This document shows, one piece after another, positions 1 to 8,730 of a stretch of 62,017 nt of DNA. The DNA is from Oligoflexales bacterium (GTDB taxonomy: Bacteria; Bdellovibrionota_B; Oligoflexia; Oligoflexales; RGVZ01). How positions within the stretch are numbered: position 1 is the first letter of the stretch; each line of letters starts with the position of its first letter. The stretch is from positions 1-62,017 of the forward strand of contig JBIKKO010000004.1 of assembly GCA_044360315.1 (NCBI GenBank), given 5' to 3'. Below the pieces are notes generated by a model. It saw nothing but the letters and a program-made list of their open reading frames with translations. It did not search any database and had not been told where the DNA came from. The position numbers and the translations under genes were made by a program.

Positions 1-17
1 TTGCAGGGCACTGGGTC

Positions 18-1661
18 TTGCCGTTCTCCGAGCAAAATCTTAGGGCTCTATGTGTTTCGAGGGGCTGGCGCCCCACGTGGAGTAATCCAAAGGGCGACAT
101 AAAGTTGTGGCAGGCCTTAAAAGGTGACGTCTATTCTGCCACCACATCGCGGTTATGGTGGCCAGTGTTGCTCGTGATGCTTTGTCTTCGGCTATGGTCG
201 GCGGCACATGTCCCTTTTGGTAATGATGAAGCTTATTACTGGGATTGGGGACGTCGCTTGGATCTCAGTTTTTTTGACCATCCTCCGTTCGTTGGTTGGA
301 TGGCGTGGGCCTCAAGGCTGGCGACTTTTTCGTGGTTTGAAGGCCCAATTCAAGGACGCTTACTCAGTCCGTTTCTTCATTTGCTAACCACGTTGATGTT
401 TGGCGCCATGGTAGTGCGCTTGATGCGTCGCGTTTTGTCGAATCTAGAGTCGCGTGTGGTTTTGTTGATATCACAGCTTGTTCCGGCTTTTTCTCTTGGT
501 GGCATGATGCTCATGCCAGATATCGGTTTGATGCTTTTCATGACAGCGGCAGTGTGGCTTGTTTTAGCCATAAGTCGTCGAGAGTACATTCCCTGGTGGA
601 TCGGCATAGTCTTGGGCTTGCAAGTCGGAGCCGCAGGCCTCAGTAAGTATCATGCGGCTTTGCTTGGCGGCGGTTTGATCTCTTGGTTGATGTATGATCG
701 TCGTGAGCGACTCAATCGGGAATGGTCATTTTGGTTTATGCTTCTGACCACTTGTATGTTGGTCATTTCTCCTGTTCTCATCTGGAATGCAACCCATGAC
801 TGGGTATCGTTTCGATTCCAGGCTGGCCGTGGACTGTCCGGCGGAGGTTTGCGAGTGACACCAGCCCTTCGGACGATCGTGGGAGAGTTGGTATTTCTAG
901 GGCCAGCCGTGATAGCAGGTCTTTGGCTTCTGTGGAAAAAACGCCGTGAGGTACAAGTTGATGGTGTGAGAACGATCCTGTGGACCTCTGTGCCGATGCT
1001 CCTAATTTTAAAAATATTTTCATTCTCATCTCAAACCTTGCCCCATTGGTCCATGCCCTCATTTTGGCTTCTGTCGGCATTGATTGTTCCTATTCTAGCC
1101 GACTCAGCATTGATTCGCTGGACAGGTAGGATTTATGGGGTGTTATTTTGTATTGCGATACCAATCTTTATGTCATCTCCTGAGGCGCGACGAGCCTTGT
1201 TGCGTTGGACGGGTGATCGTCCTGGTGGACTCGGTGAGTTAACTCTTTGGGATCATGCTGCGCGCGATCGAGACCTGTTGAGTTGGATTTATGATCGATC
1301 TTGGATTGTTGGACGTGTGCCGAAAGACGAATCGTGTGAGCGGGACGTGGTTTTTGCTGCCCCTCGCTGGTTTACGGTTGCGCAGGCAGCCGCTAATCTA
1401 CCACGAAAGCCCGTCGTTGAAACATTAGATCAAGATCACAGGTCCTATTATCACGATCGAGATCGGTCTTCGCTTGAAGGCTGTCCCGTGGTGGTTTTAT
1501 CTGAATCAAGCCATTGGAAAGACCACGGTTGGAATGGTCTGATCAAGATGTATGAGTCGAAACAGTTTTACGTGGACGGCCATCGCGACCGACTTTTAAC
1601 TATAGGGCGAGGTGTGTTTTTGCGTGATCCACGTCATGATGAGGCATCATCAAAAGAATAG
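18..1661 (+). CDS. Glycosyltransferase family 39 (ArnT/PMT-2-like) integral membrane protein
   Basis: N-terminal 'NDEAYYWDWGRRLDLSFFDHPPFVGW' motif, many TM segments, 'GLSKY' and 'WNATHDWVSFRFQ' motifs. The true start may lie downstream of 18. Confidence 0.85.
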   Translation: MPFSEQNLRALCVSRGWRPTWSNPKGDIKLWQALKGDVYSATTSRLWWPVLLVMLCLRLWSAAHVPFGNDEAYYWDWGRRLDLSFFDHPPFVGWMAWASRLATFSWFEGPIQGRLLSPFLHLLTTLMFGAMVVRLMRRVLSNLESRVVLLISQLVPAFSLGGMMLMPDIGLMLFMTAAVWLVLAISRREYIPWWIGIVLGLQVGAAGLSKYHAALLGGGLISWLMYDRRERLNREWSFWFMLLTTCMLVISPVLIWNATHDWVSFRFQAGRGLSGGGLRVTPALRTIVGELVFLGPAVIAGLWLLWKKRREVQVDGVRTILWTSVPMLLILKIFSFSSQTLPHWSMPSFWLLSALIVPILADSALIRWTGRIYGVLFCIAIPIFMSSPEARRALLRWTGDRPGGLGELTLWDHAARDRDLLSWIYDRSWIVGRVPKDESCERDVVFAAPRWFTVAQAAANLPRKPVVETLDQDHRSYYHDRDRSSLEGCPVVVLSESSHWKDHGWNGLIKMYESKQFYVDGHRDRLLTIGRGVFLRDPRHDEASSKE

Positions 1662-2165
1662 GGATAACCCAGCTCTTGCGCCGAGACCTGAGTAGGATTG
1701 ATCTGTTTTTTTCATCGTATATTGAACCCTAGTTGAAATTGAGATCCCTTCACTCAAAAAATATGCAAACTCAGGGCCGAGTTTGACAGCGTAGCTTGAG
1801 TTTTTTTTAAACCCATCGTTTTCCTGACCGTACGAGAATCCCGAGAATATATTCAGAGCAAATCCAGCTCCTGGCTCCATGATCCAATACTTTAAAAGCG
1901 CTCCTAAGCTTATGGACTGTGTGGTGTATGACGAGGTTGTCTTTCGGGAAAAGTCCAGGTCCCCGCCAACATTAACGGATCCATATGGCACCAAGTAAAG
2001 ACTCTCTAGAGACATGGTGCTGAGGCTACCAGATGGAGACTGTAAAGAATCGTACATGAAGGAAAACCCTAGCTCCCGGGACGATGCGCCCTTTGCGTAG
2101 GCCGTTATTTGCGCCGTGAGGATGATGCTGACTAGTGTTATGGTAGCGAAACGATTGATCATCAT
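1650..2165 (-). CDS. Outer-membrane beta-barrel protein (OmpA-like/porin-type 8-stranded barrel)
   Basis: Signal peptide, alternating amphipathic beta-strands and C-terminal Phe (GLSLFF, BAM signal). Confidence 0.65.
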   Translation of the reverse strand: MMINRFATITLVSIILTAQITAYAKGASSRELGFSFMYDSLQSPSGSLSTMSLESLYLVPYGSVNVGGDLDFSRKTTSSYTTQSISLGALLKYWIMEPGAGFALNIFSGFSYGQENDGFKKNSSYAVKLGPEFAYFLSEGISISTRVQYTMKKTDQSYSGLGARAGLSLFF

Positions 2166-2457
2166 GTTGATTTAGCCCCCAGAATGCTCTTGTATACATT
2201 GTATCGCACTTGTCTTTAAAATTCTATGTTGGTGATGGGTGGTTTTGGGTTTGATACTAGGGCCAGAGGGCCAGGTTATCGCTCAAAACTACGAACTGGA
2301 AAAACCTGTGACTTACTTGGGATAGGGCTCAATGGAAGCTCTTTGTAGCATGGCGCGCGCAAATGAATATCTACCGTTCCTAATGGCTATCGCTACGGTT
2401 TGGTCTTTCCAAACTGTAAGCAGCTTGTGATATGATATTGGGGCGGAGGTTGTCACA

Positions 2458-3357
2458 ATGAGCGCGTTGAAGTGGGCTGCGTATTTAAGTGCTCTTTTAG
2501 CTGTGGCTAAAGGTTTCGCATTTATATGGACAGGATCGGTGGTCGTTCTCGCAAGTTTTTTGGATTCGACCGTTGATTCAATACTGTCCTTTGTTAATTT
2601 TAAAATCTCAAAGTTGTCTCAAGAGAGTCCAGATCGTGAGCACCCCTACGGTCATGGCGGATTTGAGGTTTTGACATCGTTAGTGCAAGGGGTTTTGATT
2701 GCGGGTTCTGGTGTTCTTGTATTGTTTCAGTCTGTTGATCGGATTTTTTCACCAAAAAGTATCGAAAACCTCACTGTCGAACGATTGCCGATCGCCATTA
2801 TCATTATGGTCGCCTCGACGCTGTCTGCATTTATCATTTCGATGATCTTACAGCGTTCACGTAAAGAAATGCAAAAGAAGGATCTGCGTAGTCTTAGTTT
2901 AGAGGCTGACTACGCCCATTACTCGGGAGACGTTTTACAAAATGTGGTGACTATTATTGGAATATCTCTTTCCTGGTGGCTAAAGACGCCTTGGGCGGAC
3001 GTTGGCGCCGGCGTGGTCGCCGGGTTGATCTTGTTACGTGCCGCTTATCCACTGCTGCAGGGCAGTCTTAGGGACGTGATGAATATGGAGTATGATCCCC
3101 GCCTTCGCCTTCAGGTACAAAAGATTGTTGTGAACTCAGGAATACCTGAGATCAGAGGTATGCATCGTCTTCGAACAAGGACGCTCGGTCCCAACCGATT
3201 TGTGGACTTTCATTTGAAGCTACCAAATCAAATGCCTCTGATTCAGGCCCATGAAATTGGGTATCGCATCGAGTCACTCATCCGGCGAGAGATACCAGGT
3301 GTTGATATACTCATGCATTTGGATCCCGAGGCGGAACCTGATGATGACCTGTTTTGA
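2458..3357 (+). CDS. Cation diffusion facilitator family transporter (FieF-like)
   Basis: 'DSTVD', 'PDREHPYGHG', 'AHYSGD' and C-terminal 'HLDP' motifs; six TM helices plus a dimerisation domain. Confidence 0.92.
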   Translation: MSALKWAAYLSALLAVAKGFAFIWTGSVVVLASFLDSTVDSILSFVNFKISKLSQESPDREHPYGHGGFEVLTSLVQGVLIAGSGVLVLFQSVDRIFSPKSIENLTVERLPIAIIIMVASTLSAFIISMILQRSRKEMQKKDLRSLSLEADYAHYSGDVLQNVVTIIGISLSWWLKTPWADVGAGVVAGLILLRAAYPLLQGSLRDVMNMEYDPRLRLQVQKIVVNSGIPEIRGMHRLRTRTLGPNRFVDFHLKLPNQMPLIQAHEIGYRIESLIRREIPGVDILMHLDPEAEPDDDLF

Positions 3358-3406
3358 AGATCCCATAGATTTTTGTTAGGAATCATACCGTTTATAGGAG
3401 TTACTC

Positions 3407-4294
3407 ATGTCAAAATCAAAAAATGTCCAATGGGGTGCGTGGGTCGCCGGTATTGCCATGATCACGACGATCATCCTAGTGTTCAAGTTTAGATATGAAA
3501 GTTCTGATCAAGATATGACGCGAGGTGGGGTGCAAAACAATAGTGAAGAAAGGGTCTCGCCGGTAGCCAATGAATTATCACCGGATGTTCAAGATGAGGC
3601 TAAGGCAGGACTTGACCGAGCAGATCGCGCAGCTGAATCGACTGAGTCAGTGACTTCGACAGTTCCACAAAGCATTGATTCAAACTCTGAAAAAACGCAC
3701 TCGGTAGTGTCCAACGGCGCGGAGCAGTCGCATTCTCCGATTGGAGTAGGATCTGCTAGCCGCGATACCGCCAAAGAAGACGGAGCTGGTCACCCGGGAG
3801 CAAAGCTCAAGGTTCCAGAGACTGGCGGGTCTGCAAAGACAAATTTAAGAGTATTTCCGGGGATTCAACAAAAGCAGGGACGTATCATGGTGCGAGATCT
3901 AAAGATACAGTCTATGGATGAGTCCGACGAGATAACTGTCGTGTTGGAGAAGTTTCAAACAAAAGACCTCTCATCTTGTCGACTATGGCTAATCGGTGAA
4001 TACGTCCAACGTGGTACGGCAGGTATCATGTTTGTCCCGAGTCACGAAGCATTAGAGATTGCGTCAGATGGGGTTCCGTCACAGACTAAAGTTGGGACTA
4101 AGGTGATTATTGGAACAGTAGCGGAAAAAAAACTTGTCTTGCGTCGGCCTGGCTTCGAGGGTGAAGAGCTTGTGGCAGTCCGAGTAGGCGTCTGGGATGA
4201 AAACACTCAAGCGCTCCATTCGGCTCGTGCCTCCGTTAAGGATTTAAACAAAAATAGAATAGGCGCACCTCGTGCCAAGGTTAATGTTAAGTGA
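3407..4294 (+). CDS. Hypothetical membrane-anchored protein (N-terminal TM, low-complexity linker, C-terminal beta-rich domain)
   Basis: 295-aa ORF with RBS AGGAG and a single hydrophobic N-terminal helix. Confidence 0.7.
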   Translation: MSKSKNVQWGAWVAGIAMITTIILVFKFRYESSDQDMTRGGVQNNSEERVSPVANELSPDVQDEAKAGLDRADRAAESTESVTSTVPQSIDSNSEKTHSVVSNGAEQSHSPIGVGSASRDTAKEDGAGHPGAKLKVPETGGSAKTNLRVFPGIQQKQGRIMVRDLKIQSMDESDEITVVLEKFQTKDLSSCRLWLIGEYVQRGTAGIMFVPSHEALEIASDGVPSQTKVGTKVIIGTVAEKKLVLRRPGFEGEELVAVRVGVWDENTQALHSARASVKDLNKNRIGAPRAKVNVK

Positions 4295-4320
4295 ACGTGC
4301 GCGTGTTTTCGAAAGATCGA

Positions 4321-4701
4321 TCAATGAATATTAAATCGGTGTCCTTTCCAATTGTATCCTGAGTTAAGGTTAGGGTCATGTTTTGATGTTTCTGCAGGTC
4401 CAATCGGCTTTAGCGTGATACTCTTAAAAAACTCTGCCGTCGAGCGTATCTCTTGCTGGAGTGAACAGCGGATATTGCGATGAGCCAAAGCGTAAAAGCT
4501 ATCGTGGCTAGCGGGATTGTACTCTTGCATCGCTTCAAACAGGCCGGTTAATGCAGCTGCAATCAAGTCCTCGCGATCAAGGGGAATATGGCTATTTTGT
4601 TGAATTTGTGCCACCGACCATTTGATAATCGGTGCGAATTCGATCATGATAGCTTCCCGGTCTAAGGTATTTGAGATATTGACGTGCATGCTTTTTCCCA
4701 T
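4321..4701 (-). CDS. Small protein resembling sigma-70 region 2 (FliA/WhiG-like) with no region 4
   Basis: 'EFAPIIKWSV..I......LDREDLIAAALTGLFEAMQEYNPASHDSFYALAHRNIRCSLQQEIR' follows the FliA region-2 pattern. Good RBS (AACAGGAGA) 7 nt upstream of ATG. Confidence 0.6.
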   Translation of the reverse strand: MGKSMHVNISNTLDREAIMIEFAPIIKWSVAQIQQNSHIPLDREDLIAAALTGLFEAMQEYNPASHDSFYALAHRNIRCSLQQEIRSTAEFFKSITLKPIGPAETSKHDPNLNSGYNWKGHRFNIH

Positions 4702-4708
4702 ATCCCAG

Positions 4709-4790
4709 TCTCCTGTTCAAAGGTGACAACTCGTGTCCTGATGTCTTTAAAGAAAGACTCGGATGTGTCGTTGATCCATTGAACAGGAGA
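4709..4790 (-). promoter_or_regulatory. Putative RBS-sequestering 5' leader structure of the sigma-2-like gene
   Basis: Perfect 12-bp inverted repeat TCTCCTGTTCAA (4709-4720) / TTGAACAGGAGA (4779-4790). On the minus-strand mRNA the 3' arm is the SD itself. Confidence 0.55.
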
Positions 4791-4856
4791 AATTTCTGAC
4801 GTTGTTTTAGGCTATTGGAGGCTTCCCTTAAGTTATCCGTGATCTAGCTTCAAGGA

Positions 4857-5834
4857 TCACCGGGCCCTGGCTGGCTTTTCCCCGCCCCGAGGCATTACCG
4901 TCTCGAGAGGGGGTGGGGCGGAGCGGTCGCTAGCTTTCAGCCGCCTTAATGTGATATTCGCAACCCGTTTGACGTCTCCTGCATGTTGCAGTCTTCCATC
5001 TGCGTCATTTACGATTGCCTGCAGCAGGTCTATAGCTTTTTTGTCGTTGTTCAGTCCATTTTTATAGACCAAAGCCAATTGGTAGATGGCTTCAGCACGA
5101 TCTGGTTCAGAATTGATTAGATCCTCAAATGTTTTTTTTGCGTTTCCCCATGCTCCGGTTCGAGCCGCAGCAACGCCATAGCCGTATTGCGCATCAAAGC
5201 ATTTTCGACAGCGACTTGAAACTTGGTTGAAAGATTGTAGGGCGGCAGTGGCGTCTCCCAGATCTAATAGTAAGTAGCCCATATTTAAGCCGGCCGCATA
5301 CTGATTTCCATCACTCTCGATCGATCGACGAAACCAAGTTAGTGCGTCGTCATAATCACTGCGACGATTGGCCGAGGCCAGCATCGTGCGCAGACCAATA
5401 AGGTTCATGGCGTCCCCATTGGAAGGCTCAATTTTTAGTACCTGTCCAGCATAGTAGGCGGCCATCTCGTAGTTGCGACCGACCGCGTAAGCAGCCCCGA
5501 GTGCGAGCAAAATACCTGGGTCGCCAGGTTGGAGTTCCAATAGCTTACGCGCCTCCGTGATGGCCCCTTGCCATTCCCCTGAGGCGATCATTCCGGAGAC
5601 TTTTCCAGAGGATGCCTCTGTTGAGTCACTTTGGTTTATCCAATATTTCGAACCAGACTTTGATAGGAGAGGCTCTTTTGCGCCCGCTTGTACGACGATG
5701 GACTCCCCTGTTGACCTTGCAAACTCACGTTTACGCACAGGAGATAGTCCTGAAGACTCCTTTTTGTTGTTGTCGGGAGTCGTTGCACATGCAAAGAGCA
5801 TAAGGTTTGCTGCAATCAAGGTAATGACTTTCAT
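4857..5834 (-). CDS. TPR-repeat lipoprotein, AglT/GltE-like
   Basis: Lipobox LFA-C after MKVITLIAANLM (ATG at 5834 with RBS AGGAG), multiple TPRs, and position directly downstream of an AgmU/GltD-like gene. Confidence 0.7.
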   Translation of the reverse strand: MKVITLIAANLMLFACATTPDNNKKESSGLSPVRKREFARSTGESIVVQAGAKEPLLSKSGSKYWINQSDSTEASSGKVSGMIASGEWQGAITEARKLLELQPGDPGILLALGAAYAVGRNYEMAAYYAGQVLKIEPSNGDAMNLIGLRTMLASANRRSDYDDALTWFRRSIESDGNQYAAGLNMGYLLLDLGDATAALQSFNQVSSRCRKCFDAQYGYGVAAARTGAWGNAKKTFEDLINSEPDRAEAIYQLALVYKNGLNNDKKAIDLLQAIVNDADGRLQHAGDVKRVANITLRRLKASDRSAPPPLETVMPRGGEKPARAR

Positions 5835-5845
5835 ACTGAGTTCTC

Positions 5846-8485
5846 CTATCGAGCTTGCCATTGAATGAAGTGGCCCATAGACTCTTCAGTGAAGCGAGGA
5901 TGACTCCAATCCCCACCGTTTTGCCATAGGATGGCCGTCGTCCACTCCGGATTTGTAGAACCCGAATTTGCAAGCTCTAAAGCTTTTTCATCAGTTTCAA
6001 TAATTTGTTTTTCTACAGACTCGATAATGGATTTCTTTCTATTTTGAAACGTAGTGACTTCCTCTGGAGCTAGGGTCTTTGCGATTTCAAGTTCGCTGTA
6101 AGCAGCAAGAAATCGTTCTCCCAAGCGTGCCGTACGATGTAGAGCTGGCGCACACCAGCCAGTACGCATCGTTAAACACGCGGAACGATATTGCTGATCG
6201 AGATCTTTAAACTCCTTGTAACCTCGTTCTAACTCGCTCAGGGGATCTCGCGTGCCAAGGCTGAAGACGGATTCTTTGAAGCGGTTGGCTGCTAAAGATT
6301 CTGCAAGTAAAAAGGAGATCTCGCTGATGACCTCAGCTACGCCAACGGCGCTCTGATCGAGCTTTGAGACATTAATTTTAACTCCTTCAAGAGCCTTCGT
6401 TTTTTGCTGTTCATGATAAATGCGAGCCTTTACGGATAACGCTATTGCTGTGATGATCGGATCGTTTTTGAAAGATGCACTGATTTTATCTGCAGCCCGA
6501 ATCGTCGACTCGTGGGCCCCATGACGAACGCTAGTATCCAAGAGTCGCCTCGCCACATCTTGGCGACTACCCTCATCCAGATCAACACGGCCGACAAGGA
6601 TCGTCATCGTTCGTATCGCTGAGTCGTAAATGGCTCGGCCCATGTATAGATCTGTCAATGATTGCAAAGACATAATAGTCTGTGAATCTTTCGGGAATTC
6701 TAACGCATGTGTTTCGAGGAAATACATGACATGGTCTTCCCAAGTCAAGGCCAGGGACCAAGATCCCCCTTGAGTTAAAGCTTCGGCCCTGAACTTTGAT
6801 TTTTTGTGCATCTTTGTGAAAGCAACCATGGTTGTGATAGAGTTTCGAAACTGCTTGTCACCGTGATAGGAGACCGCAAGGTTATAGAATCCTTGGTCGT
6901 GACGTCCATCTCCACGCCAACCCTTTACGTATTCATCAAGCTTTAAAATAGCCGTCTTAAAGTCTCCGTTTTCTTTGGCCTGTGAGCCGCCTTCTAGTAA
7001 AGCCAAGCCCAAAATATCTTTGGGACGAGAGATTTTTCTGCCGGAGATCGCAGTGAGATTTGCCTTAGTGAGGAGTCGACCGAGAGACTCAAGCTCTGTC
7101 CATGATTTTGCTGTGATGTGTGTCTCTGTGATCCAGCCGGCGGCGCGAGAGGCATGTGCGCCCGATGGAAATTTCTGAAGACGATCTGTCCAAAGTGTCA
7201 TGGCCTCATTCGGTGCACCGTTTGCAATATCAAGAAGTCCTATGTGGGCGGCTGTCTCCCAGTCTGTTGCAGTGCCGCGATCAATTTTTTTGAACATTCC
7301 AGCTAGGACAACCCGCGCCTCGGTTGCGGACTTTGGGGGATTGGTCCACGGTACAGCAGTTGGCCAGTCTGCAACGATGGTTTGACTGCGGATTGCCTTT
7401 TTCCAAATATTGATGGATTGATCTCCTGTCAAATCGGTGGCAACTCCAGCATAGATGTTAGCTGCGGCTTTGTGGTTGTTCCCTAGGAACTGAATATCAC
7501 CAGCGGCAAGGGTTACCCGCTGTTTTTCTCTTTCTTCAATATTTGTTTCCCTATATTTATCGATTGCTGCCAAGGCGTCTTTGCGCTGTGCAAGACTTGC
7601 CTTTCTCGACGAGGCATCTTTGATTAAATTATCAATCAGATCTTTGTGGATTCTTTTTATGGTCTCTAGAGTTTGTTCGGCGCGTGCTTCGTTATCCGCG
7701 CCTAAGAATTGCTTGTCTTGATATTTTTCTGCTGCTGAAATCAGAGTGGTCTGCCATCGACGAACATTTTTATCTTTCCGATAGGCGGACCTCGACATGT
7801 CTATTAGTCTTAGGTCGATTGCAGCCCCCGTTGGTGAACCATTGAACGCAGCTGCAAGTGAGCGATAGCGCTTAAACGATCCCGACTCATTCCCCTTTTG
7901 CCAGTCGTAGATAGCCTGTCGTTCAGCGATTGATTTAGACAATTCTGATTGCTTTTGCGCCTTGATATCAATGGGTGGTGACGACCAAGGAGCATTTACT
8001 CCTTCAATTCTTCGCCAGATGGTAACGGCCTGACGTGCTACAGCCTCGTGCGTCGCATCGTCAACCTTACTTGCCGTATTGCATGCAGACAGTAAATGCT
8101 GTCTCCAGTTTCCTGTCGCCTTTCCAGCTTTTGCCCCTGTGGACGATAGTCCACCAGTAATACGCGCTGCGGTTAACTCTGCAAATATTTTCGCCTCTGG
8201 GCTAATACGGTTTGCAGCCTGTCGCAGTGTGGCTAACTCTTTCACTTGCTCTGAAGGCCTTAGGGACTTGCCTAAGCGCGCCAATGACTCGCGAAAGGCC
8301 GTCGATGGGTTTTTGGACGGTTTGCCTTCCTTCGCCGATTCTTTCGTATCCGCAAGATCTTTTGGGACAGGCGGCATCTTCCAAGACATCTCTAGGGGAA
8401 GAATAGGTCGAAACGACTGTTGTGCGAAGCTTGGTAGGCTAGGCATAAAGATCATAATCGCGACGATTTTGAGTGTTTGCAACAT
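5846..8485 (-). CDS. Large secreted TPR protein, AgmU/GltD-like (adventurous gliding motility)
   Basis: Signal peptide and TPR-like helices. The C-terminal 'WCAPALHRTARLGERF...EEVTTFQ...EKQIIE.DEKALELA..GSTNPEWT' resembles the AgmU C-terminus as I recall it. Confidence 0.65.
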   Translation of the reverse strand: MLQTLKIVAIMIFMPSLPSFAQQSFRPILPLEMSWKMPPVPKDLADTKESAKEGKPSKNPSTAFRESLARLGKSLRPSEQVKELATLRQAANRISPEAKIFAELTAARITGGLSSTGAKAGKATGNWRQHLLSACNTASKVDDATHEAVARQAVTIWRRIEGVNAPWSSPPIDIKAQKQSELSKSIAERQAIYDWQKGNESGSFKRYRSLAAAFNGSPTGAAIDLRLIDMSRSAYRKDKNVRRWQTTLISAAEKYQDKQFLGADNEARAEQTLETIKRIHKDLIDNLIKDASSRKASLAQRKDALAAIDKYRETNIEEREKQRVTLAAGDIQFLGNNHKAAANIYAGVATDLTGDQSINIWKKAIRSQTIVADWPTAVPWTNPPKSATEARVVLAGMFKKIDRGTATDWETAAHIGLLDIANGAPNEAMTLWTDRLQKFPSGAHASRAAGWITETHITAKSWTELESLGRLLTKANLTAISGRKISRPKDILGLALLEGGSQAKENGDFKTAILKLDEYVKGWRGDGRHDQGFYNLAVSYHGDKQFRNSITTMVAFTKMHKKSKFRAEALTQGGSWSLALTWEDHVMYFLETHALEFPKDSQTIMSLQSLTDLYMGRAIYDSAIRTMTILVGRVDLDEGSRQDVARRLLDTSVRHGAHESTIRAADKISASFKNDPIITAIALSVKARIYHEQQKTKALEGVKINVSKLDQSAVGVAEVISEISFLLAESLAANRFKESVFSLGTRDPLSELERGYKEFKDLDQQYRSACLTMRTGWCAPALHRTARLGERFLAAYSELEIAKTLAPEEVTTFQNRKKSIIESVEKQIIETDEKALELANSGSTNPEWTTAILWQNGGDWSHPRFTEESMGHFIQWQAR

Positions 8486-8555
8486 AGGAGACTCTCCAAG
8501 ATTTTATCGAAAATCGCAGATGGGTCTTCGGCAGATCTTGTCAAAATCCCGAGTC

Positions 8556-8583
8556 TTGACAGTGAGCGTGTGTGCTCTTTAAT
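8556..8583 (+). promoter_or_regulatory. Candidate sigma70 promoter for pilT
   Basis: TTGACA (8556-8561), 16-nt spacer, TTTAAT (8578-8583). A back-to-back TTGACA lies on the minus strand at 8539-8544. Confidence 0.35.
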
Positions 8584-8730
8584 TGTATAACTTCTCGAAA
8601 TGAATGGTGGATTTCTATTTACCTTGCCAATCTGTCTAAACTTCTACACAGATCATCCGATGCCCCTCGCAAGCCGACCGAATAAAATTGTCTGCCATAT
8701 TTGCAACATTCGGCGAAAGTAGAGGATCTG

